In this document: one piece after another, positions 40,618-52,280 of the stretch
How the letters are laid out: every line of letters begins with the position of its first letter
Position numbering within the stretch: the first letter of the stretch is position 1
NCBI GenBank assembly: GCA_013239625.1
Contig: MU056050.1
Coordinates: forward strand, 5,279,366-5,343,365
Reading direction: 5' to 3'
DNA from: Lama guanicoe
Taxonomy: Eukaryota
Length of the DNA: 64,000 nt
Notes under the pieces: model-generated
Databases searched by the model: none
What the model saw: the letters and a program-made list of their open reading frames with translations, nothing else
Told to the model about the DNA's origin: nothing
Position numbers and translations under genes: made by a program

Positions 40618-40821
40618 AAAGAAAATAAAGCTAATTTTCTGCATTATTTTGTTCTTATTTCTTCACGATCCTATTTTCCGACACCTCTGCCAATTTCACG
40701 CTATGTGCCTTTATCTTGCTAAGTTCTTCCCATGACGGAACCTTACTTAATCTGGCAAGAACAACTATATCAAGTATACACGCTTTTTGTTTTCATTTTA
40801 CTTCCTTGTTCCTCCAATTAA

Positions 40822-40865
40822 CATCATCATCATCATCATCATTATCATCATCCTCCTCCTCCTCC
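40822..40865 (+). repeat. Compound (CAT)n(CCT)n microsatellite
   Basis: Read directly from the sequence. Confidence 0.9.
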
Positions 40866-41620
40866 AAGAAAAGATTCAAATGAATTAACTTTTCTAAACC
40901 CCTCCAAGGTAGTATGCTAGCCTGATTTTGGAAGCTCTATCTGGTATACAAGAATCAATTCTTTTCTGGAATTCACTCACTTTACCAAACCCATTCCTGT
41001 CCCTACACATAGCACAAAATCCTGTTTGAATTAATGAAATATAGCCATTTAGCATAAGCTAGTATTTAAAATATAAAATGGTCAGAAATTTGTATAATTT
41101 GTCCTTCTATGGTTAAAAGAATTAATGGCCTTTTGTTAATTTATACAATATATTCTTTGTACATATCTATTTTACTAGTTGAATAAAAATTATACAGTGA
41201 AACAATTTTTTGTTTTATTGTGATGAAAGTTTAAAACTAAATCTGACTTGCTTGAGTCTTTTAAATCCTCAAACATGTTTTTTAATAGTAGTATGATTAT
41301 TCATAGAACAATATTGAAGTAATTAGAATTAAATATGGACGGATTAATTATCACATCAGGTGAACTCACCAATATTTATAAAAATATTTGAATGCTTCTC
41401 TTTTTAATGATTCAAAGAATCATTCTACCAGTGATTATACAGTGTTAGAATAGCTTCATTTTCCAACAATAATACCTTGATCAGAGCATAATATTCCTGC
41501 ATAAAAAAGGGAAAATACATTTTGAAAAATTAAAACTTCTCACATAAAAAAATCCATCAATCTAATTCACTTTAGAAACACACTCCTCAGTCTGATACAA
41601 AGGTATTCTTAAAAAGGGAA

Positions 41621-43966
41621 GGTCTCAATTATATACTATTACATAACAAAGTATTTTAAAACGTAGCGGCTTAAACACTATTGTTTCTCACAATTTTCTG
41701 GATTACCTAGAATCAACTGGACAGTTACATACCACATGTTTTCAGCTCAAGCTACATTTATTTGTGAGCTGAGAAGGGTTTGGGATTCGTAAGATAACTT
41801 TTCTCACTTATCTAGCAACTCAGTTAAGGTAGCTGGAATGGATATTAGACAGCTGTCCTCTTTCTCCTTGTGTTTTCTCACCATCCAGTAGTTTTACCTG
41901 AGCTATGATACATGGCACTGGATCTCAATGGACAGAAATTGGAAGCTACAAGACTTTTTATAGAGTCTGGGTTTGGAAATGTCAGACTATAATTTTCATC
42001 ACATTTCAATGGTCAAAAGGTCAAAGTAAGTCACAAGATCAGCCCACACTTTAAGGAAAAGCAAATACAACCTACCTCTTGATAGGGGGAGGGCAGAAAT
42101 GTAAAAGTATGGGAATAATTGTTGGTGGCATCTTAGCAAACAACCTATCGCAAGACAACCTCTGACCACAACAATCCACATACCTCCCAGGTGCAAAATA
42201 TATTAATTCCCATCCCTCATCCCTTCTAAAGTCATTCCTCACTATGGCATCATTTCAAAATCAAGGGTCTCATTAGCGTATTATGTTTAGAAGTATATAA
42301 GGCCTCTCAAGGATGGATAATCTTTAATTCTATGAACTCAAATTATCTGCCCCTAGACACTGAACATACCATGGTAACACAGAACTAAAATAACAATCAT
42401 CACAGTTTCTGTCATTCAAAAAAAAAGGCACACTAGCACACTGGACTGTTAAAAAGATATAAAACTGTGCCAGGGATACATAACGAGTTCCACCTTCTTG
42501 CTCACAGAAGATGTCCCTTGATTAAGGTACAATTCTACTTCTATGGGAATAGTTCCTTAATCCATTGTTCTTAGTGGTTCTTGGCTCCACCCTTTAGGTC
42601 TTCTGTACTTTTCCATTAAATGTGACCTATGTTTGCAATTGAATAATCCCCTCAGTCTTCTTATTGCCAGTTGAAATTTGGTAGACAGGGTCTTCTTTTT
42701 ACTTGAACTATCTCTATAACTTGTAGTCCAGGATGCTTTCGCAAATATGATTTTATTAAAACATTTGTGGGGTTTCTGTGAAGCTTATTTGGAGTCATCT
42801 CATGCCACATTCATAATTCTTTCTTAGATGTACCTTTCTGTAGTGTGAAAGTATCAGGCTGCTGTGGGACAATATTTTAAAAAATTATTTATCTAGTGAA
42901 GGGGAACAAAGTTTAACTATTGTTGAGGTCTTTAGAAAAATTTTAACTGTACAGTTTGTACAAGCTGTACAATTTGATTAGACTACTGGCTTTACTATAA
43001 TCTGTGCCATTTGGCATTTCTTACTTTTAAAATATTTTGCCAACTGGAGAGACTGTTTTGGGTCCAAATTAATTTTCCTCATTTAGCTTAACTTTATATT
43101 GCAATACTTGTGATACTTATCATATTCTACCACTAAAGCAAGCTGTTTGACTCTTTCAGCTTTCTGATCAGAAATTTCCTTAGCCAGATCCTCAAATTTA
43201 TTAGGTTCATTTCTTTCTTCCATATTATCTCAGGCGGCAGTGTTATTTAACTTATTTGCCAATACGTAATATAGGTTACTTATTTTCCAGCTTTCAATGA
43301 ACCAATTTCCTAGCTGTTCTTCTAGTCTCTACTAACAGTCTCCTCATCAGTCTTCTGCCTCTAACTCACATTTGTTCTCAAAACCAGTGCATATGTTTTA
43401 GCTTGTTGTCCAAGTAGCATTCTATATTTAGATACTAATTTTTGTATCAGCTATCTATTGCAGCATAACAAAATCTTAACACATGATGGTTTGAAATTCA
43501 ATAATTATTTCTAATAATTCTGTGAGTTGTCTTGGCTTCATTGTGTACTCTTCAACAACATGTGTGCTGGTGTCATTCTTGAAATTGTGTTGAACTAGGA
43601 TCTTGGCTGAGGTGGAAACACCCAAGATGAATTCAGTCAAAGTCTTGGCAACTTTGTGGGGATTGCTGGAATAGCTGAAGGCCAGATAGGCTTCTTTCTC
43701 CCTTATGATTCCCTCAGTAGGTTATCCAGACTTCTTTACATGGCGACTGGTTTGTAAGAAAGCAAACACAAATGCGTATCGTCTCTCAAGACATAGGTAG
43801 AGACGGCATGGTATTAATTCTATCATATGTGATTGTTTACAGTAAGTCACAAAGCCATTCCAGATCCATGTGAAAAGGAAATAGACTACCTTTTCATGAG
43901 AGAAATGGCATATAGGTAGAGGAATAGGAAGAATTAGAAGGCCACTTTTGCATATGATCCACCAGA
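41621..43966 (-). mobile_element. Full-structure old MaLR element (MLT1H-like): LTR ~41621-42151, internal ~42152-43442, LTR ~43443-43966
   Basis: Two homologous same-orientation LTRs, both with CATAACAAA, GCTGGAAT, AGTAAGTCACAA and ACTACC/CCTACC. Between them lies an MLT1-int-like segment. The minus-strand junction GATACAAAAATTAGTATC resembles the MaLR PBS region. Confidence 0.75.
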
Positions 43967-45774
43967 CATCGTGTTTTATTCTATGTAACATAAAAGAACA
44001 ATTGATTAGTTAGGATTTTGATACTGTGATTAGGGATATACTTATGACATCTAGGATATGTTTAGCTATAAAACAGAAGCTAACTAGAATCCAATTTGCT
44101 GTGTCTCTCAAATAATCAGTATTTGTGACATTTCAACCTTTCTTGCAGAGACTAATAGAAAATAACAAGTTAATGTAAGAAGAATACAATTCACTGGTAA
44201 CTTTCAAGAGATGCTCCAGATTTAGTATACAGTTAGGATAGTCTCCTACATCTTTAACACATAAACTCATGTACACTATGAACTGCTATACTGACAGGTG
44301 ACCCTGAAATCACTGTGTGGTTTTCAAAGAGAAATTCTATTAAAATCATTTTAATATAGGAGGTACATAAAAGTAGACACAGGCATTTTAGAACACTTAA
44401 AAAAAAACAAAATGTAAAACAATGGGCTTTTTGCTTAATTGTCAGTTAAGCAGAGCATTTCAACAAAAAGACTACCTATTTCTTAGGCATTCTAGTTAAC
44501 CTGGGTTTTAATACATTCTGTAAACTCTCAGTTTTAAAATTAGTTCTATTCAAAGTGTTTTATGTATTCTGGAATCTCAAATATGAACTGGAGAAACAAT
44601 AAACTAAAAGATTTAAAAAGCATATTTTTAAAACTCAGAAGGATGAGTTAGATACAATCATAATTGAATCCAAATGAAGGCAAATTAAATTGATCAGAGT
44701 AGAGGAACAATTCTCATAAGTAGAAAAGAAGCCTTTATTCAGGATACAACACTAAATGAAAAAATTATATTCAAAACCTTGAATATAAGCAATATTTCTT
44801 CATCAAATTTAAACTAGCTTACAATAACTACTTTCTCTTGATACTTACTCAAAGATTTAAAAAACACTAAACTCCGGAGTTTTAAAGAAATTAATCTCTT
44901 CCTCTTTTAATTCTTCATACTGATATTTAAACATTGAGAGAAGAAATGGGTAAATCATGGGATTTATATTTTTGTTTTAGAACAACCCAAAGTAATAAAT
45001 TAAATAAAGGAAACATGGCAACACAATAAAGAATATTTTTATATTTGGTATTCCATTTAAAAATTGTAATTGTTATAATATTGTGGGTGAAAATGAGTAG
45101 GAAACAAAATAATACTAACAGAAATAATAAATTAATGTACAGATACAGCAAATATGTATCATGACTGAAAATAATAATCTGTGTTCAAAAATTTCAATCG
45201 CATGTCAGCTATTTATAACTTGGAATACATTTCTCCGACGTATAGCATACAGAACCAATACTATAATTGAAGGTAATTTCTTCAGATAATGCAGTATTTA
45301 AAACAAGTCCTCTACCAGATTTGCTGTCCTGCTCCTAGGTTTTGAGGAAATTTTTACTGTCTCCATGATATTAGGATCAGATTAAAAATATTTATTTTGT
45401 GAAAGGAATCTTACTTTTCAGAAGTCTCTCCATACAATTTTCCTCTCTGCATACAATATCCTAACATCTCATTTTCCAATGATGTATTTTTTATTAAATA
45501 TAATTTTATTAAATATCTTAAAATCTTTCAGTCCATTATTTTTCCTTCTGCTTTGCCTAATCTGTTATTTAATCCATTCATTTTAGTGAGATATATAGAC
45601 AGAAACTGATATAGATATGTACATATTTATTTAGTTATTTATACATGTTCATTTATAGAAATATCTTTATAGAAATATATTCCTTTTATATATGCCATAC
45701 ATTTACTTATAAAAGTTCTCTTTGCCTTTAATTTTATCATTTGAGTGAAACATACACCTGTTTTTACAGAAGCT

Positions 45775-45925
45775 CTACTTGGAGCACTAGTCAGGAGGAG
45801 CCATGTAGGGGTGATGGAAATGTTCTATATCTTAACAGTGGTGATGGTTACGGTGTTTATACATTGAATTGTACACCTAAAATCAATGAATTCTATTGTA
45901 TGCAAATTATTCCCCAATAAAAGCA
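45775..45925 (+). mobile_element. Old L1 (L1MC/ME) 3' end
   Basis: GGGGTGATGGAAATGTTCTATATCTT...GGTGATGGTTAC...TTGTATGCAAATTAT...AATAAA. Confidence 0.8.
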
Positions 45926-46458
45926 AATCTAAATTATAACTGGAATTAATTTCACCATTGTAAATTTTATTTTGAACTAATTATATCTAACATTAATACT
46001 CATTACTAACCAAAAAGAAATCTAATAGTAGTTATTTCTTCAGTTCTACTAGGAGAATTGTGAATATTTTCATCAGATAATCCAGGATTGTTCTCTTATA
46101 CTGTTAACCCAATTACTCTGTGTACTTGTCATCATTTTCTGTACCAAATTTTAGTTATTTACAGCAATGGTGAAATGAAATTCAAACAGCTGATTTAAAA
46201 CAAGTCAAAATACTTCCTTAATTTAGCTGATATTTTCAACCATTCAAGCACTTTTCATATCTTTCCTCAATGTTCCTAAAATATATACAGATTTTCTCTG
46301 GTTCCACTACATTGAATAAAGGATAGTTGATTAAATAGTTATAAGGAACTAAAGCATACTTTTTTTTACTCAAAGAATATAACAACCATGGTTAAAACAG
46401 GAAACATCAGAATTGTCATTAGAATACTCAAGGACAGACTGGTTGAACTTGATGGTAT

Positions 46459-46945
46459 TGTGGGGGGGGGGAACTTCTAACTTTGCTTTCTTAGAGTTCT
46501 TTTGGCTGGGCCTGAGAATTAAATTAACATAAGACATAGCAACAGAAACAAAGCTTTCAAGTTTATGTAATAAAAATTCTATATGGTATGAGAGCTTTCA
46601 TAGGGAATGAAGACTCAAAGAAATAGTGAAATCCACTTGCTATTAGATTGAACAAAGATAGGCAATTGTGGATAAGTGATTAAACCACGTGTGGAGGCTG
46701 GAGGAAGATAAGAATTATTTTAACAAGATCTGTTTGTAAAGAATTCTCTAAGTCTCAACTTCTCATCCTTGATCATAATAATGTTACTTTCTTTCTGGTA
46801 TAGGGAGAATATCTTTTATCTGGGAATATTATCTCCTCCTCTAAAAAAAAGGAAGGTCAGGGTTTTTCTTGTATTTGCTGATTTTCAAGTGCCTTAGACT
46901 CAAAAGAGTGGCATATTTTGGGGTGGCATGTTTGCAATTCCTTCA
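46459..46945 (-). mobile_element. MER34-like ERV1 solo LTR
   Basis: Termini TG...CA. Right end GTGGCATATTTTGGGGTGGCATG...CCTTCA is the antisense MER34 start. 4-bp TSD GTAT at 46455-46458 and 46946-46949. Confidence 0.85.
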
Positions 46946-47294
46946 GTATTTAAAATCCCTGTTTCAAACATTGATATTCTATTAATATAATTGGCCTAGA
47001 TTTGTGCCATCTGCCAATTTGATTAGCATGCTATATAACTGGATTTGCATCATCAATAAAATATAGAAAAGAATAAAGCATCCATTTGTCTCACTAACTA
47101 CTTCCTTTATCAAGGCTTAAATCAATATAATTAATCATGACTGTTTGGAAAAATTTAAGTATTTCTTCATCTGTCAGTGTGATAGCTCACGTTATTATTA
47201 CTCGTTATAATGACCACTATTCTCATACATAATTATATGTTCAATAATCCAGTCAGTATTTTGCTGGATAGTATCACAAACTGTATATAGCAAC

Positions 47295-47420
47295 TGTTAT
47301 ACAGTTAATTGTGAAAGCTCTAGAATCAGACAGTTATGTGCTGAATCCTGTCTGTCATTTGTAAGAGATGTAGAGCAAAGTTTTTAACTTTTCTAAATAT
47401 TTTATCTGAAAAAAGCTGGA
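47295..47420 (+). mobile_element. MIR SINE fragment
   Basis: GCTCTAGAATCAGACAG...TGAATCCTG...GCAAAGTTTTTAAC...ATCTGAAAA. Confidence 0.55.
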
Positions 47421-48190
47421 ACGTCTTTTTGTCTATCTCTGCCGACCTCTATGAATTTCCCATCAGTGGTTAGTGTTTTTTGGTTACAAGTAAATGAGAG
47501 CTTTATTATTACATTCTTAGCAATTTATAATTATAGGAATTGATCTTTGTAGGAATGATCTTATTTTTCATTTAACAAATCAAGTTCTTTTTCTGATCTG
47601 ATTTTTTATAGAAGCATTTGCCTTCTTCATTGACTCTTTAAATATTGTCAGCAGTGTTTCTCTCTGTATTCTGAAATATCAGTATCCTGGCATATAATAT
47701 GTGTAAACAAGAAGACTTAGCTTCATCTGGAACACAGATTCTCACTGTGAGTCTCTTATATAGACAGTCTCCTATTTTAATTTTTTACTCAATTTATATT
47801 CCATCTTCACCATACTTAAATGGATTCTCCTATATAGAGAAAGTAGAAGTAAGGGGTGAGGAAATTTGCTTTATTTTTGTTTTCAGCCACCAATAAATGT
47901 GTCCCAAACAGTGGACTTATATTTTCCTATTATTCTTGGATAAATTGATTTCTTAATGCTTTGTTTTACTGCTCCAAAATAAAACATTGCTTACATTGTA
48001 CTTGGCAAACGCACATCACCAGGACAACTGTTTTGTCAACCATGCTGTGTCTTCTTTGATGTTTTCAAGATAGGGAACAGGAGGTGGAATCTTGGTGGGC
48101 AAGTGTAAGTTACTTGTAGTGGTCAAGTAATGTATGTAAGTAACATCAAAAACTAAAGATTAATAGGACATTTTCTCAAGTGGAATGGCT

Positions 48191-48445
48191 TTAAAGGAAT
48201 GAGAAGATATCATCCCCAAATATACACTTTTGTCATAAAATTATTTTGGCTGAAGGCAATTAAGAAGCAGTAAATGCAGAAAAAGCTCCTCATTTTCTGC
48301 CTCAAGTCAGGAAATAAATTCTCCTTTTATTGAAGATGGACTCTTAGCCCAGAAATGGCATCAAAGGAATCTGGAAACAAATTTTGTTAAACTCTCCCTT
48401 GTCTTCCTACTTACTTTTTTACCGTTTACTACCCCTAGCTCAAAT
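48191..48445 (+). mobile_element. MER34/MER39-group LTR, 5' half
   Basis: AAAGGAATGAGAAGATATCATCCCCAAATATAC...ATTATTTTGGCTGAAGGCAATTAAGAAGCAG. Confidence 0.7.
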
Positions 48446-50259
48446 CGCAGAGGGTGACAGTTGAGGGGAAGCCCATAAATTTTTATTCTATAATTGTCAC
48501 AAAAGAGGAAAATTGACACAAAAAAACCCTGTGTCTTCTGACAAACCTTTAATTCCAGTGAATACTGCATGGTCAAAGAATCTGAATAAATGAAAAGAGT
48601 CTGGTACATTAGTAATATAAATTGTTATCATAAAGAAGAAGGAAAAAATTAAGCATCTATTTTACAGCCTTGAACAGAAGGTGGGCTATTCTGCAGGCAT
48701 GCCAAATGATTCTGAAATCGAGTTACAAGACAATGTCACTTGATGACAGCTTTCAGCAGATGGATACTAGCATATGTGCACTGTTCAGTCTGATTAATTA
48801 AATGACCACAGATTAAGTTTCCTAGAATTTTTTAAAAGGGGAGAAAGAAAGAGATCTCTAAAGGCACATCCTGTCAAATTTAAGGCTTGTAAACTTTCTT
48901 CCAATACTATTCATTTTACACAGGTGATGCTTCAAAACAAGTCATTATAATTAGTTTTAAACAGTTCACTAACTAAATTCATTTCTTTGGCAAATTAAAG
49001 TGTTTATTCTTTTTAATTTAAAAGTTTTGTCTATATTTTTCTAATTCATAAAGGTGCTAAAGAATGTCACATCAAGAAATAATAAGATGGGGAAAATTGT
49101 CATTGAATTCTCAGAGGAATTATGTTGCTAACTATTAGAGTTATCTTTACATCTTCTTGTAAAGAAGAGGATCACTATTCTCTTTCCATCCCGATACACA
49201 TGTGTCATATGATAATGTACAACCGCGCCAATGGATAATGAAAATCCTGATGAGAATGGTTAAGAGAAGTAACTGGTACATTTTTGATTGAACCATAGCT
49301 TCCCAGGGAAATTCTCTGTTCTGCTGACTATGAAAATGGGAAGAAAATCATTCACATTTTCAATTTTTTCCTTAAATAAAGTGAAAATCATTAATCAGAA
49401 GAAAAGCTCATTTGTATTCACTTTCAAAACCTAAATAACTGTCATTGCTCATTTGATGCTATTTTTGCCTAGTTATAAGCAAAAATTCTGGAAGTATCAA
49501 ATTTAGTTTGAAGTTACACAATCAACATTGTATGTATATGTTAGACATTTACATTCTTTAAATTTTTACATATCACACAATGTTTATACATTTCCTGTGT
49601 CATACATTTACACAATAACTTCATAGTTATGAAAATTTACATTAAAGGCTGCAGTAGCTGGAGACAACGATGCCACTATATATGTGTTCCCATACTGTTG
49701 TCATACAAAGCACAGTATCAAAAGTTTCACTAGCAGTTTCTGCATCAAAGGAAGCAAAATACATACTTATCTGATGTGTCAAAGTAAACACAAGTACTGG
49801 TATGAAAATTAAGTATTTTTTTATTGCTCTGTGTGTCTTTAGACACTAGTATATGAGCAAGAGAAATTTACAAGCTCATTACTAATAAGTCACAGAAGCA
49901 ATGATAGAATTTTATCCAAAGACAGACTGGAAAGATTTCAATGTAACCTAGGCAGATTTAAATAAAGAAATGAGTACTATACTCTGTTTGCTGCCCCTCC
50001 ATAAAACACCCAAATGCAAATATAACACCTTAATATGGTAGAAAATTATTTATCAAACACCAACTGTAGGCTAAATACTCTGTGGCATACCTTTATTAGA
50101 TGCTTATCATGGTAGTTTGAATGAGTTTCTCAACCTAGCAAGAAAATCCTTATTTTTCAGGTTCTTCTCAGGTGCATCTATTTAGCACACACAGAATAAA
50201 GTCAATAGCAGGATGACAACTGACAGTAATAAAGTATTTTAATTAATTTTAGCATTTGA

Positions 50260-50590
50260 AGACAATGGGTGTTTTTTTTACCAAGCACAGCATATGTGCT
50301 GGACAAATGTACCTGCTTGTACAATTTTGCTTGGGTGGACATGAAAAATTTTGAATAATAAAAAAAATTCCTACATATCTTCAAGGGCCTATTGACAAGA
50401 ACTTAAAATCTATGCAGAGATATTAAGGAAAGTTTTTGTGTTCTTAAATTTGCACAAAAATAAGCTCATGTGTATACATTTGATTAAATGAATTTTTATG
50501 AAGGATTTTCAATAAATAAATATTTTTTAAAGTTTAAAATTAAACTTTGTCAAATCCCCTAAAGTTCTAAAGAACACAGTTTGAAAACAA
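50260..50590. mobile_element. Possible hAT-Charlie MITE fossil
   Basis: Ends with a Charlie-type subterminal motif GAACACAGTTTGAAAAC; AT-rich interior. Confidence 0.4.
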
Positions 50591-51144
50591 GAGCCTTTGA
50601 AGACGACAGAGTGGAGTAACGTATTCATTCCAAGTTAAAACATTACCTCTGAGGTCACAACTTAATACACTGAATAATGTAAATTTCATATTCTATTATA
50701 TCATATCTAAAATGGTTCCATGGAAGTTACAAATATCTGCAGTACTCCCTCTATCATCCTAACTGCTACAACTGCTGTAAGTAAGTAAGGTCAAGAAAGC
50801 ACAAAGTAAGGAAGATATATGATCTGATGTTGGTGCCATAGTGAGAGGATAAATAGACAAATAAAGGAATAGTGGGCATATGACTTTGAACACCTATCCT
50901 GTTGTATCAGTATATACATATTTTATATATATATATAAAAAATATATATATATAATATATCCATCAAACATAAAACTGTCACTCAGATTAATCTAACATA
51001 GAATTTCCTCAAAGTAATATTATCCAGAAAGGTTGCTTATATTTGTCAAATAATCTTGCGTCTTTAAAATATTTCATTTGCCCAGACACTTGTGTGAACA
51101 CTGAGGTAAAACTGCCTTTTTCTTCTCTAAAACAGATTAAGTCA

Positions 51145-51700
51145 GTTGAAAAAATAATTATATTGGAACTTTTATGTGCCAGAACATGCTATAGATATTT
51201 GGGATATATAAAGGTACTAGAAAGACATAACACTCACCCTTTATCCTAATAGGCAGAGATCATAATAAATACAATAAATAATATCAAGTACTGATAAGTT
51301 CTATGGTGTCAATAAAACAGAGCAGTGCATTAGAATGTAACCATGGTTTAGGAGGAGAATGATTTTAGTTTGATTGGTTGGGTAAGTGCTTATCTGGATG
51401 ATTCAAACTTTGATCTGACACAGGAATTACGGGGAGAGACATGTATGAAAAGATCCGAAGAATGGTGCTACAAGCAGGAGGAATAGGAATAGTTAAGTCC
51501 CTGAGACAGAGATAAGCTAGACTAATTGAGTAACAAAAAACCCCAGCATCCTAGAGTTCAATCAGGTAGATGTTAAGTTGTAAATTTCTCTCAGACATCG
51601 ATGTTGAAATGTCCATTAGGCAACTGTATATACAAGGATGAAGACAATGAGTATGTCCAAAGGGATAGAATCAAATGGAGATTTAGGCCTTTATCAAAGA
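51145..51700 (-). mobile_element. LINE-2 fragment
   Basis: TTTTATGTGCCAGAACATGCTATAGATATTTGGGATATA...TGATAAGTTCTATGG...TTGAAATGTCCATTAGGCAACTG. Confidence 0.7.
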
Positions 51701-52280
51701 AACATTTCTTCCATCATAAAAGGAGACAAAGGAGAAAAATGTGGGTATAAATGTTAATAGGTTGGCAAAATTTAAGGCAATATATTAGTTAAGTATATAG
51801 TTCTCTGCATTTTTTCTTCATGAATTATGCACTGAAGTTATTAGGTAAGACAGAGGTGGCAATTTTAGAAGACATAAGCTGTAAATCAGTTCTTGTAGAA
51901 AGTGACAAAGTGATAAAACAAGGGAATATGATAGAATTGTCTGTCAATATCCTATGTCCATTGAAAACTTTTGATAATAAACTCAAAGTGAGCTTATTTA
52001 GAGCAATCATGTAATCTCCATAAATACTCAGCTTCACATTAAATGAGAGAATAAATTTTATTAGGAATAATCCACTTATGTTCTTAAAAATTAAGAAGTG
52101 TATACTTGTAAAGCAATAATGCAAGTGACCCCAGACTTTTCTCAAATAATAGAAACCAATGTGTAGTGTTTTGATTACGTCTTTTGTAATACAATTTGAA
52201 TTCAGGAAGTATGATTCCTCCAGCTCTGTTCTTCTGTCTTAGGATTCCTTTCACTAATTGGGGTTTTTTTGTGGTTCCAT

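Noticed and set aside
44869..44882. 14-bp perfect palindrome AAACTCCGGAGTTT
   Set aside because: A few palindromes of this size are expected by chance in 64 kb.
49248..49327. C/D-box snoRNA (TGATGA ... CTGA about 80 nt apart)
   Set aside because: No terminal stem, an imperfect C box and no recognisable rRNA guide sequence; such motifs are common by chance.
50921..50960. 20-bp palindrome TTTTATATATATATATAAAA
   Set aside because: A trivial consequence of a (TA)n microsatellite.
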